Shown here: positions 22,111 to 34,860 of the stretch, in pieces
Position numbering within the stretch: position 1 is the stretch's first letter
Layout: every line of letters starts with the position of its first letter
Source: Oculina patagonica
Lineage: Eukaryota
Direction: 5' to 3'
Assembly: GCF_052425735.1 (NCBI RefSeq)
Contig: NC_135758.1
Location: forward strand, 4,154,001 to 4,218,000
DNA: 64,000 bases
Notes under the pieces: generated by a model
The model's input: the letters and a program-made list of their open reading frames with translations, nothing else
The model's database searches: none
What the model was told of the DNA's origin: nothing
Position numbers and translations under genes: made by a program

Positions 22111-25100
22111 CATAAACGGTCAGTATACAGTGTGAGAACGCGCATAAATTATTAGAACAAGGCTTAAACAAAGTAAAATGGAAGTGGTTTTTTATCTTAG
22201 GAGTGCGGAATACTAATTAAAAGATAGAGACTTTACGGATAGTTACTCGAGTTTCACACACAAGACAATCATCACACTGTGCCGTTAGTGGCTTTGTAGC
22301 ATAGAACGTACCAAGTTTACAAAACACTATTTCTACTGTAAGATTTTTCTGGTAATTTATAAACTGGAATAAGGAAAGTAAGAATTTTTTGTAGAGTGAG
22401 GTCAAAATTGTTGGCAATAACTGGTTCACTTTTAAAGTAAAGTAAAGGCGGGGACAACATTTCTGGCCACTCGTTTCGTAGTCGTCGTCGTAGCACACTT
22501 TCTTCAGAGCGTAGCTTCTCTCACAGCAGCTCGCTATACTGATCTGTTTTGTGCCATTTTTGTTGCCTTTCCTATTATCTTTGAATTCCATTGACTGCAG
22601 AATTGTGTTTTATATGATGTGCGCGCTGTATAATTGAGTCGGAGAGATTGCGTATACTGTGGGTGGGGGTAATAACTCGAGGGGTGCTCATTCCACTTTG
22701 AAAATTTATTGCTTACTCTGAAGACCAGAAAGTATTTCTACATCTGCGAAAAAATTATTTTTGTCTAAAAAGTATTTGCATGCAACTTGATTTAGTCACA
22801 GCTGTAATTATAAATAGAAATTGCAATTGATTATGTCGCCGAATTTTTTTCGAATCACAAGTACTGTGAACCTTACTCCCTCTTAAGTGCACGAATTTTA
22901 ATAGCAACAAACTGTTTGGGTGTGTTAAGAGTTGCTCTCGGTTCTAAATCTCGATGAGTTTGATTTAGCCTACATGAAATGATCTGATGACCCAAGTACG
23001 CCCGACTCCTGCACTTCTCGGCAGTGAACAAGGAAAGAAAATAGAGCACAAACAATTGCTTAAGTAGATACAACAACAACAACAACAACAACACTATATT
23101 GCATTCCCAGTTACAAATGGTATTGCATACAAGAAAAAAAGATAGTAATAAGAAATAAAACTTAAGACAAGGTAAGTAATAAAATCAATTAATTGACAAT
23201 TGTTGCGACTGTCGATTCATTTCTTAGTGTGAAAAACAAAACACAAGTTGAACCAAGCGTTTTAGTCCACTACGCATAGGGAAATCGAAAACTTTCTCTA
23301 CAACAACAAGGGTAATATAAATTCTATTATGGGTCGACAAATTTAAGATGTTAACAAAATAACATAGCGAACGCGAGCCTAATGCACGAAGTATTCTCTA
23401 TATTTTGAGCAATATTTATTCTACTCAGTATTTCTTCAAAGGCGTATAGAATTGGTCATCATGATTAAAATAATTTCCAGCGTTTTCAGAAACAACTCGA
23501 AATTGTTAAAATTGCTTTAGTCATCCCAATTTTTTGCGGTACGTGTAACTAGTTAAAAAAAATCTCAAACGTCCATTGTGTTTGGAAAATGAAAAAACTT
23601 GCACTTCCTCATTCTCTAGAATCATACTAGAAAATTTCATTTTCTAATGTCCAGAGGAACGAATCACGGATTTCTGTTTTTTTACTTTCCAAACTAAACA
23701 GAATAAAATGAACTTAACAGTGTAGTTCATTCGATGCAAGGAATACGAGCAAGTCAGCTTTAGGCTTTCGTTTCAGCGTTGGCGTGGTAAGTACAACTAA
23801 CCTGGTATTGTTTACATTATCTTGAACTAATATATAGATTTAGGCAAGGCAATTAATTCTGAATTTACGTAATGACATCATTAAAAGTTTTGTTAATGGG
23901 AGAAATGTCGATTAACGCGACGTTGTCGTCGCTGTTTTTGTTCTGTTTTTTTTGGATACGAATTTGTACTTGACATCGCTATTCCTCGCTTATGCGTCAA
24001 AATTCAAAACGTTTCTTCATAGCTAATTTTCACAGTTCCACCAACGGGTTATTTTACACAAAATTCACCTTAACATCATATATTTAGAAAGGGAAGCCGA
24101 ATGTAAGTCAGTGTAAAGCAGTTTTTAGTGTGTGCGAGAATTAATTTTGTCAGTATTGACATTTGTAATTTGCGCATGTGCTCGCTAGAACGGTGTAACG
24201 TTGTTTTGAAGCGTTTCGGTTTGGTAGATTAATTTTATTTAGGTCGAATTATTCTGTTTTATAATTGCTCAATACTTTCTGGAATTTTATGTAGATAACT
24301 GAGTGAATATCCTTCGTTTGTGGTAAGCAATGTGAGCTTGAAAGAATCTAAACTCAAGTAACTCTCAACGAAACCGAAAATGTTTTGGCGTTAATATTTG
24401 TTAACGACTGCAAATGCACGTGTATAAAATTCAATTTACTAATAAAAATACAAGCGAGTAAAATTGAGCAGTTGATGAAATGAAAAATGCAGTTTTGGAA
24501 TGCTAACTCCTATGTAGTGCTCTTAGGCAAGCATTTGGATAACATGGGTGGACATTCTCGTTTTACTATTTCGATTTACTATTTGATTAGATGCCGGATA
24601 CTACGGTTGTCTTGATTTTTCACACTTTCTGAAGGCAGTCCTTATTTTATACCGTTGTTTATTTTTTCACATGGCTCGTTTTCCTTTGTTCTTCCAGGCT
24701 GATTATATTGAATAAACCCGGCTAATTAGCAACTGTCTGAAAAGCTGGGGGCGGCTTTGATTGTAACAGGGGAGAGCGGGGCTGATATCTAATATTCCCC
24801 TAGGGGATTATTAAAGTTGATAATCCCCCAGGGGAATATTACGATAATATTTCCCTCGTAGCAAAGCCACAAGCCTCGCATTACAAACAAAACACAACTT
24901 TACTTTAACTAGTAATAGTTCTCACTATAAAGCTGCCCCCGCCTTTTTATAATTTGTTTTACAGCAATAATCTAGGATTAGTGGAGTCTTTTGTCGTCAT
25001 GACATTGTTTGCTGCGGAATTTCTTGTTGTGTGACACCGTTGCATCCTAAAAATATTAATTCACAAGTTCAAGTCGAATATATTACCTAGCGCGCGGAAA

Positions 25101-26629
25101 TATTAACCTAGCGGAAATACACACAACACATTATTCGTGGTGACAACACGCAAGCTTATTTCCTGGCTTATAACATTCAAAATAATTTCCAGGCCAAAAA
25201 GCCTAAAAATTCCGCGAGTAACAAAATATGGCACAATTCAAAGATTCGAGAAAACAATTTTTGATTCTTTTTCAACCAACTCTTTGGATCAAATAATCTG
25301 ACAGTTTGTTAGCGAAACGAATTACCTTGTATTACATTTTTGTTTATTACTTGTATACGATACAAACCCCCGAAAGCAAACGTTGACGCTCGAACCAGCT
25401 CTTGGAACACACGTAGCCAAGAACACGAAACCAATTGCTCGAAATCTTTCGACGTATTACTAACAACTGCTTCAAATATCACTTAAAGCAGAGAAACCGC
25501 TCGAACAAATCTGTGAACACGCGTAAACCAAAACCGGAAAACGAAATGCTGCTAGAAGATGGCGAAGCTCGAAGGTGACGAAACGCGACCTCGTGGTTGC
25601 AAGTACCCGACACCACCGTGCGCGCTTGCTAAAATATTACCCGTCACGACCGTGCGCGCCTAGTTTTGTCAAATCGAGAACGCTTCGCCCATTACAAACA
25701 CATTTCTTACTTTTTCAACAAATATTCTTTGTCCTTGTATGTATACACCCGGGGACTCCTAGGGTGCCTCCTCGGGTTTGGCCTCTGGGCCAAAACCCTG
25801 CGGGGGCAATAACGTTATGACTTATTTTACCTTGACTGTTGTTACATTTTAAATACTACTGAGCAATTGCTTAATTGAAAACACGAGAAATGCGTTCCGG
25901 TACTCATGCCTCAGTCGACGTTTGCTCTTTTTCAGAATTCCGTTGCAGTTCAATCGGTTCGGTTGCTAACACACTCCAAACATTCAAACACCATAAGGTT
26001 ACCTTTTTTAGTGTTCTTCGGGATCCTTTCACTGTTCCTGGCCAGCAGCTCTTTAATTTGTCATCTTCGACGACGATATCTCTAGCCTCTTCGACGTTTT
26101 CTTCCCATTTGTTTCCGCCTGGTTAAAGCTAAACAACCCTTCTGTCGCCTCCTAAGTGCTGAACTGAGCGTTTTCGCAGTCCTCTTCGAGATTCTTTGAG
26201 GATAGCAATTTCTCCAAGTTATTGCCTGGATTTGTCGCAAAATAAAAACTTTCCTTCGCAGACTCGCTCACCTCTGCCAACTTTGCAGTAAAGTGGTGAA
26301 AAATGTGGTTACAAAGTTGTCGGAACTATCAGGCAATTACAAAATCCCAATGCGTACTTTCGGAATCTTTAATCTATTGTTAAGCTTGTTTGGCAAGCAT
26401 ATTGATTGTTTTGGTCGGCGTATCAAAAACGAAAACATAACTTGTTTATTATAAAATTTAACAATGTGGAAACCCCAGTGCGTCTTTTCGGAACCTTTTT
26501 CCTGTTGTTAAGTGTGTCGGGAAAAACATTTCAGCGCATTTCAGCGCAACTACATCAAAACAACGAAGAAAAAAATCTTTCTTATTGTTTGAGCCACTGT
26601 TGATACCTCGCCCATGTGAAAAATAAGCC

Positions 26630-26710
26630 GGTTATTTTTAGGCACCTCGGCGATATGTGATTTATTCACCGAGGGCGCAGCGGGCTGCGCCCTCGGTGAA
26701 TAAATCACAT

Positions 26711-26735
<25 letters not shown>
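26630..26735. repeat. ~105-bp near-perfect palindrome (hairpin, MITE-like)
   Basis: GGTTATTTTTAGGCA...GATATGTGATTTATTCACCGAGGGCGCAGC-GG-GCTGCGCCCTCGGTGAATAAATCACATATC...TGCCTAAAAATAACC. Confidence 0.8.
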
Positions 26736-26743
<8 letters not shown>

Positions 26744-26976
26744 ACAACAATCTTTAAAAATAATTCCAGATCTACTGGTTGGAAAGTATGACGAAAGATA
26801 CATTTCGTCCCTCATTTGCCACTGAAGAAACTCAGTCTTTATAGTAAAATGAAAAGAGGAGGTTCGAACCTTACCTCAGTAAAATAAAGAATGTTAGTCA
26901 AAGAGTGGCGGTGACCACAATGCGGATTTCCTGTCCCTGACTATCTAAACTAGAATATACAAGAAGGTATAGTACC

Positions 26977-27199
26977 TTCTCGTCCCTAGAGTCTACGATC
27001 CTTCTGGTCTGCGCTAGAGATCGAGACCTCTGGCCGGCTCTAACACCGGAAGTCCACGGCGGACTCATTTTCAAATCTAATAAATCTAATTGGCTGAAAA
27101 TACAGAACGAGTACTCTGCGCATGCTCACAAATCGGGACAGGCCAGAGGTCTCGATCCCTGGCGCAGACCAGACGGATCAAGGACTCTACGGACGAGAA
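26977..27199. mobile_element. MITE with long imperfect TIRs (TTCTCGTCC...GGACGAGAA)
   Basis: Inverted arms include GATCGAGACCTCTGGCC / GGCCAGAGGTCTCGATC. Confidence 0.75.
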
Positions 27200-27277
27200 T
27201 GCCTTGGGACGAGAGACTTTTGTCGATTTTGTGAGTCGTCTATTGGTGAGGAGTTCCACTATTTATTATTTTGTAAT

Positions 27278-27447
27278 AGACCATATTCGTATTCTTGGTA
27301 TTGGACTGGAACTAGCTTGCAATGTAGGCTAAAACGGGTAATCTTTTCAAATGCAAATGGGATGAAGCTCTTTTTAATGATATTCCACCGCATTAGCCTC
27401 CATTGCAAGCTAGTTCACGTCCAATACCGAGAATACGAATATGGTCT
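27278..27447. mobile_element. Palindromic MITE (AGACCATATTCGTATTC...GAATACGAATATGGTCT)
   Basis: Long inverted arms are visible. Confidence 0.75.
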
Positions 27448-27474
27448 TTTATCTTTTTTTTTTTCATTTAACTT

Positions 27475-30400
27475 ATAAGGCGCTATCATAGCGGAGCTCC
27501 CACGCGCCGAAGGCGCGTAGCGTAGCTCCATTGGTAACATGCGGGTACAAGGGAACAGACAGGGCAAATGGTATCCTATCGAACCGAGAAATTTTGGTTG
27601 TCGCGTACGTACGTCCGTACGCACGGATTAGGCCTGGGAACGAGCTAGGCTCCGGTGGCAACGGTCCGCGTCTTTTGGCGGGAAAAATCATTACTATCAG
27701 GCCCTCAGCAAATAAGTTTTTTAAAATCGATTTCTACTCAGCTAAGCTTATATAGTAGACGGTTTTAAACGCGAGGGAAAAAAATCATTCTTAGCTCTTG
27801 TTGACAATGTTAGAATTACATGAAGGGGAGACTAACTTGAGGAAGTCCGCTGTTGGCTGTCCGGCTCGTCTGGATTTATCAGCTTCTAAGCGAGCTTATT
27901 TTAAACTTGTGCATGGATTGATTTGCCAAATGTTCTGGTTCATACGTGATAAGCTCTCGGGAAACGGTAAGGTGAACAGCAGAATTTTGAATATGGTTCA
28001 GAGTCAAAAGTCAGGAAACAATCTCACAGCATGCCGATTTACCAAGCGTACGCATGAGTTCACTACTAAGCATGAAGACTCCGCGATTGAAAAGCACACG
28101 AAAGACTCAGTTTTAAAGACAGTTTATTACAGATACATTATTTCTGGATATATTTCTCGTTTCACCCGCGATGACAACCATAGTTAGTAGAGGAGTAAAG
28201 ATTGTGGCCGATCGAAATGGAAATCTTCCAAGCTTCTTGGTGAGTTTGAAGCAAAGACGGTCAAAGACAACATTCCTTTTATACGAAAACAAGGTGAGCT
28301 ATTGATGTTCATTTTTTTTAACAGATTAGAAAAGTCTTTGGTATTTAGATTAACCAGCATTCAACCTAATACATTATTTTTAAACGAAGCTGGGTTCTAG
28401 CCCATGTACAACAAGTTTTTTGAGGTCAATTCAGTGAGAAGTATTTATAGAGGGTGTAAGATGCAGTTTGAAGTTGTCATTTATTTTGGTAAATCTGTTG
28501 TCTTTCTAAAACTTGCTATGATAGGATTTCCATACTTTTTGCCAGGATGCAAGTTAAGAATTTTACAGGTTTTTGATATGTATAAATTTTGTTTTCAGTG
28601 CAGGGAAAACAGTCAAGGGGTGCAGTTAGTGAAATTGGTGATGCAGGTAATCATAACATTAGTGTCAGCTTATACCTTTCTTTATCTAGATATTAAAGAA
28701 GCTCCATGACACATTAGTGCATGAAACTTGTTTTTCAAGTGTAAAGCTTTTGGGTGTGAAAAATGGTATGTGTTTTAACCCCTTGGTAAGTTTACATTGT
28801 ATGTTTCCCTAAAATCCTCGTTCAATTGAGGAATTTAATATACACAATTTATATGTAACAGCACATGTACATAAAATGTTTTTATTGTTCAAGAAAAATG
28901 TTTTCGTTGTTCATACAATGCACCCCTCCCCCACCATGGAGGAGGGGTATGAGGGCAAAGACCCAACAAGATCTGCTACCTGACCCGAAAAAATACCGGA
29001 ATACTTGTAATGATTTTGTGGGAGAAGTGCAAATTGACCTGTTGTGTTTGAATTCCTTTTGTTAATACCTTAAACCTTAATAGCTAATAAGATCAAGCCC
29101 TAACTTAACATAAATTGTCTTGTTGTGGTACCAGGAAAAAATGTAGAAATAGAACTTAAACTCAGCTGAAATTTTACGTGAACACAAAGACTTAGTAAAA
29201 TTTTAGAGCTGCTTAGGCCAGAAAAGCCAGCTGGGCTTGTTGATGAGCCGGCTTAGTGTTTTCTTAGCTATATCCCTGATAAAAGTTTTAGGGAGAATAT
29301 GTAAGCTTTCCTGGACTTAATCACAGTACTTTCAACAGCACCTGTCAGAGATAAATATAAGAGTCTTAAAAGACACATCATTTTGTAGGGAACTCTTGAA
29401 TTAAGCCGGTGTTTCACACCCCAAAACATTCATCAAAGCCTCGCCATGTGCCGGGTCTTATTGATAGCACTATTAGTGTCTTCAGTAGTTAAAAAAAGGT
29501 TTTCCTGACACACTCACTCTGAAAGGACTTTTTGGTTCTAAACATATCCCCCAACACATTCCCTGGCCCATGCAAAAATTGGAAAAATAACTCTCTTTTT
29601 TATGTATCTGTATAATGTTCTGAATAAATTAAATTAAAATTATAAATATTCATTTGATGTCAATGATCATCAACAAAATGGTATCTGTTATTTTCCCTTT
29701 TTCAGGGTTAACACGAGTAGCAGAATTTCCACAGAGAGTTGCAGACACAGAGAGAGATCAATGAACAATCAGAATATATTATTTCTTCATTGCATGTACA
29801 ACTAATACTTATGTACTCTGTGTGAAAATATACAATTTATGTAGTCAGGTGTAATTTTAAAGTTAATGAAATAGAGCCAGATAAGGTTCAACCATGTACG
29901 TATTTCTTAAGAGATCTCTGACAACACAATATAGATAGATAGATGGATAGATGCTTTATTAAAACTAAATTGCAACCCAAGGGTTGAATAATATAGTTTT
30001 TACAAAAAAATTACAATGGTTAAAAAGGTTAAAATTACTTATATACACAAAATGAAATATACAGCTATAAAAAGTCAAACATTTAAAATTTGAGCGCATT
30101 GCTAAAATAAAAAAATATAAAAATCATCCGGCTACCCAAACATTTGTGGGAGGTGTGGTGACCTAATGGTTATTGTGCTGGACTCCGGATCGAGCAGTCC
30201 GGGTTCGAGACTTGGCCCGGGCACTACGTTGCGTTCTTAGGCAAGACACTTTACTCTCATAGTTCTTCTCGTCACCCAGGTGTATAAATGGGTACCGGCT
30301 TACTTTACTGCTGGGGGGGATTAACCCTGCAATGGACTAGCATCCCATCCAGGGGGAGTAGAAATACTCCTAGCCGCTTAATAATGCTTCAGAAACCTGG

Positions 30401-31418
30401 TTACGCTCCAGCCTGATGAGCCACTTGGCTCAACAGCAGGCTTTACCTACCCAAACATTTAATTCCCAGTGCCCACACTGTGAAGAACAGTAATCATGAT
30501 AATGAGATACACAGTTCATCAATCTCTAAATTAATATCACATGTTGCAATACAATAATAACTGATGAAATATGTGTTGTTCATAGGCAAATTTTTACTTC
30601 ATCACCAAAACCAAACTCAGTCATTAAATAATAAAACATTAAACACAGCTGTTTTGTTTTGTGGGTGTGTCTCACAGATCAGTTATTTGTTGTTAAGCCT
30701 TTTGTTTCAGTAGAACTAATTTAATAGCCATGTTTTTTTCTCATGCTTGCATGGTTTAATATACAAGCAAATGCATGGTAACATTTTTGCCAAACAATCT
30801 ATACAGACTATACCTGAGTTTAGGACTAACAAACAGTATGTCTGCCTCTCCAGAATTTTTCTTAGTTTACATGCAATTAAGTAAAGTGAAGCCCCTCAAG
30901 GACAAAGGGACTCATATGAAGGGAAAATGGTGTTATCATTTTGGGGAAACCTATTTGGCAGAATGATAAATGCTACTATTTTGCTTGCGGCTGGCTTTTA
31001 CTCCGGTTTGCTAGCAGACAGCTGTTATTTTTAGTATCGGGAAATAATACTGTCACTGTTCCAATAGGGGGGGGGGGGTGGGACAAGCTACATGCAAAAC
31101 TTTCCAGTTGTATGCTTTGTACAGCTATAACATACCAGTTATGGTGGGTGTATGGATATTTTCTAGAGCAACGCTTTCTTTGTTCTAGTTTCTCTTTGAG
31201 AGTTTATATACCTTTGGGAGGTTATGCACAAACTGCTAGATGATTATCCTCTTTTGATTGATCAACTATTTTTACTTTTATTTGGTGCTGTTGTTCATGG
31301 TGAAAAACAATACATAATATATATAAAGAAAATAACACGAATAAAAAATCATTCTAAAAAAGATGTAAAGGGCATATAACCTGGGAGCTCCGCTTTTAGG
31401 CTTGCCTAAATCTATATA
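27475..31418. mobile_element. ~3.9-kb non-autonomous insertion with subterminal inverted repeat AGCGGAGCTCCCA/TGGGAGCTCCGCT
   Basis: Inverted motif at 27490-27502 and 31382-31394. The host sequence on either side matches a nearly contiguous stretch upstream of copy D (~58050-58230). Confidence 0.5.
30146..30446 (+). mobile_element. tRNA-derived SINE
   Basis: A-box-like TGGTGACCTAATGG and B-box-like GGTTCGAGAC head, a body of ~300 bp, and a 14-bp TSD CTACCCAAACATTT at 30132-30145 and 30447-30460. Confidence 0.88.
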
Positions 31419-31666
31419 TTATTTTGGCTATTTGAAGAGGTGACGAGCATTTAGAGTAAGCTGGTTGTTTAAATCTTTAGTTACAGTTTTGTTATATTGT
31501 TGCAATATGTAGATTGTAACTTTTGGACTTTTATTTGTTCTAGTAGCACTGAAGTTTTAAGTTGAAGATTCAGTCAATATCCAGCATTACGTTATTCTGT
31601 AACAAGACAAATTGATTGAATTTAATTTTGTTACAGTTTCTTACAATGCTTACAGAATAGTACGCC

Positions 31667-33373
31667 ATGAATGACATAGCAGAAGTTATCCAAGCCATAT
31701 TTACAGTATCTATCGGCCTATATGTTTCTATTTTCCTTCTCAACACTGGTCGTGTTCTAAAAGCCGTCGAAATATGCAAAGAATGTTTGATTTTCCTAAG
31801 TACTAAAGCACTAGGGAAAGAAGAGAAATTTGGCAAACTAGTTTACGGCGCTATCTACAATACAATGTTCAGGGCATATTGTGTAATCTCTGATTACACA
31901 AATGCAATAAAATACGGCAGGAAACTTCTTGCTATTTACCGCGAGTGTGGTGAAACAGCCGAAGAAGGGAATATTACCAAAGCTCTAGCCGGCATATATG
32001 AACGGCGGTGTGAATATGCAGAGGCAAGAGAACTTTATGAGAGAGCGATCAATATAATGATAGAAATTGACGACAGAAAAAGACAAGCAAACGCTTATGA
32101 AAAACTCGGAACTATCTTATCACCTTGGCGAATATGTGACAATTACGATTTTTCACACCAGGTTCTTAGTGTATTCTTTTGCGTTGTTTATGAGAATCCT
32201 AACAATGCCCTTTATGTTGTAGAGCTTGCACGGGCTAGAGCCCTAGCAGACTTGATGGCGACTCAGTACTCTGTTGAAAGTGAAATCTCAGCTAATCCGC
32301 AATCGTGGATTGGTATTGAGAATATCATGAAAAAAGAAAATAACTGTACTTGTCTTTACATTTCTTGTTATGCCCAAGATATGTTTTTGTGGATCCTCAA
32401 GACAAGCGGAGAAATTTCTTTTCGAAGAATAACAGTAAATGAAAACATCATTGGTGTTGGCAGTTTGGATGAGTTTTTTGCTAAATGCTGCCGCAGCGTA
32501 GGTGTTTTATCCCAGCAGGACTGTGAAGATCGATCCAATGAACCGAGTCTTCCCTTGTTATACAAAATGATCATCGCTCCCGTGGCTGACTTGCTTGAGG
32601 AGCCTGAAATCATCATTGTTCCTGATCGCTCGTTGTACCAGGTTCCAGTTGCAGCATTAACTGATGAAGGTGGGAAGTATTTATCAGAGACTTTCAGGAT
32701 CCGCACTGTTCCTTCGTTATCGACTCTCAAGCTCATTCAGGACAGTCCAGCAGACTATCACAGTCAGACTGGTGCACTGATAGTGGGCGATCCTGTGGTC
32801 GGCCGGGTGCGTTACAATGGTCGTCGTAAAACCTTCTTACCATTGCCTTGTGCAAGAAAGGAAGCAGAGATGATTGGGGAACTGCTGGGTGAACAGCCTT
32901 TGTTAGGACAGCACGCAACCAAACAGGCGGTGCTTGAAAGGTTAAATTCAGTGAGTCTGATTCATTTTGCTGCACATGGAAATGCTGAAAGAGGAGAAAT
33001 TGCCCTTTCCCCTCTACGCTCTACTAAAAAGATTCCACGTGAAGAAGACTACCTATTGACAATGTCGGACATTTCACAGGTACCACTGCGAGCTAAACTG
33101 GTGGTACTTAGCTGCTGTCACAGTGGACGTGGACAGATTCGAGCGGAGGGAGTGGTTGGAATCGCTCGAGCGTTCTTAGGATCTGGTGCACGTTCAGTAC
33201 TGGTGGCACTGTGGGTCTTAGATGATCTGGCAACAGAGCAGTTCATGAGATGTTTCTACGAGCACCTTGTTCGTGGGGCAAGTGCCACTGAATCTCTTCA
33301 CGAGACTATGAAGTGGATGAGAGCTAATGGCTTTACCAAGCTAAGGTTTCCGAGTGGGCACCGTTCATGCTGA
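31667..33373 (+). CDS. TPR-CHAT copy B: TPR array and acidic loop deleted, C-terminal frameshift (possible pseudogene)
   Basis: N-terminus is homologous to A and D. It jumps at ~32120-32145 from the second TPR unit straight to the post-array linker. AAHG and LSCC are retained. A 5-nt insertion (CTAAG, 33341-33345) removes the WAPF terminus. Confidence 0.75.
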   Translation: MNDIAEVIQAIFTVSIGLYVSIFLLNTGRVLKAVEICKECLIFLSTKALGKEEKFGKLVYGAIYNTMFRAYCVISDYTNAIKYGRKLLAIYRECGETAEEGNITKALAGIYERRCEYAEARELYERAINIMIEIDDRKRQANAYEKLGTILSPWRICDNYDFSHQVLSVFFCVVYENPNNALYVVELARARALADLMATQYSVESEISANPQSWIGIENIMKKENNCTCLYISCYAQDMFLWILKTSGEISFRRITVNENIIGVGSLDEFFAKCCRSVGVLSQQDCEDRSNEPSLPLLYKMIIAPVADLLEEPEIIIVPDRSLYQVPVAALTDEGGKYLSETFRIRTVPSLSTLKLIQDSPADYHSQTGALIVGDPVVGRVRYNGRRKTFLPLPCARKEAEMIGELLGEQPLLGQHATKQAVLERLNSVSLIHFAAHGNAERGEIALSPLRSTKKIPREEDYLLTMSDISQVPLRAKLVVLSCCHSGRGQIRAEGVVGIARAFLGSGARSVLVALWVLDDLATEQFMRCFYEHLVRGASATESLHETMKWMRANGFTKLRFPSGHRSC

Positions 33374-34860
33374 TTGGAGATAACGTGACATTTGACTTTG
33401 AAAAATTAAAGTAAGTATAACAGAAAGAACAAGATGTTCATTTAATGAAACATGGTTAGGGTGCAGTTGTAACAGTATGTTTTTTTACTTAATTGTATGT
33501 GAATGTGTTCAAACCGATGAATGATGAATGTTTGCGCTGCAAGTGGAGTTAAAAAGTGAAGAAGGGTGGTTGGGGAACTTGATACGGGCGACCATTGACA
33601 TGTAGTGAAATGGTGACTAAGATTTAATGCACTTCCTTGATCACTCCCCAGAAAGCCAGAACTGGCTTATAAGTGAAATGACTTATAACTGGGTTTATCT
33701 TTTTCTTGTTTTAGGAAAGCAAGAGAGCTCGAGCCAGACCCTGCATGCAGCAAGTAATGAGATGTGAATTATGTACAAATGTAAAATAGCAAAGCCTTTG
33801 TTATTAGCTAGGCGAATAGGCCGTTTGTCTCTGTTTCAAAGCGCGCCCCGTGAATACTTTTTTTCATACGAAATGAGGAGTTCATCTGCATGAAAATGAA
33901 CGTGCGGGTAAATCGCATTTGCATCGGAATTGTTCGTACAGAAAGGCGGCTCGAAAATGGTCTCTTCCGGGTCTCCTTGGAAAATCTTTTATACGAAAAT
34001 GAGTTTCACTAAGTCAAATACACGTTCATTTATGGAAATCCAATTCATTTCAATATTAAAACATTTGCCCGATAACTCGTTTTGAAACAGTGCAAAGCTG
34101 AGGCAACCCGGAAATGACCTATTGTATTTTGTGTCATTGCCTTTCCTTTTCAATTTTAAAGACATGCCTTTCAGTGCTTTAACCAATCATGTGTATTTGG
34201 TTGTGTAGTGAAGGCAAAATACGTAATTTCTAGTGTGCATATCATAAGTAGCGTGTTAAAGCCGGACTGATTTAGTTATTGGAAGTTATAATGACACCTC
34301 ACACGAATGGTCATTATAGTTTCCAATATTTAAATTTCCATTTACAATACTAAATGCTCATCGAAACGTACTCAATGAAAGTTAAGTTACTTTTTTGTCA
34401 AATGTATATAGGAAGCAAACGTTTTATTATAGCCCTAAAACGCGGGCTAAGCCTTTGAATGGTTTGAAGGGTTTTGTTACAAGTAACCAAGTTCATAGCC
34501 TGCGTAGCAGACGACACAGTTTCGAGCTCGCGTATAGGAAACGCGAAAGGCGCGAGGGGGCCACGACTTTTCCTCGCGCGGCCTTCTCGCTATCGCGCAC
34601 TCTTTTAAAGGGATACTCTATGCCTTATATGAAGTTTTGCTTAAAAGGTAGTATTTGCCCTATAATATTGGATTTATGACGAAAAATGTGAAGACTGATC
34701 GAAGGTTAAGAAAGGAAAAATCGGTGTTCAAAAGCGCAAATTTGCTGTTTTCGAAGACCGGAAGTGAAAATGCTTTGAAGGCACGCACGTGACTAATGAC
34801 GTAGATGTGAGAACTCGTGCTCAGCTGGATGTTTTGCACGTAAAGCAATTACTGGCAATT

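Noticed and set aside
22217-22591. 124-aa ORF and other short spacer ORFs (e.g. 27798-28187, 42859-43377, 45130-45477)
   Set aside because: No recognisable motifs, they often start at non-ATG codons, and they overlap repeats or low-complexity DNA.
30146-30220. tRNA gene
   Set aside because: It is the head of a TSD-flanked SINE and lacks a complete cloverleaf.
32368-32975. Antisense ORFs recurring in each TPR-CHAT copy (also 19758-19946, 49382-49732, 60833-61039)
   Set aside because: Shadow frames of the conserved sense CDS, with inconsistent lengths.
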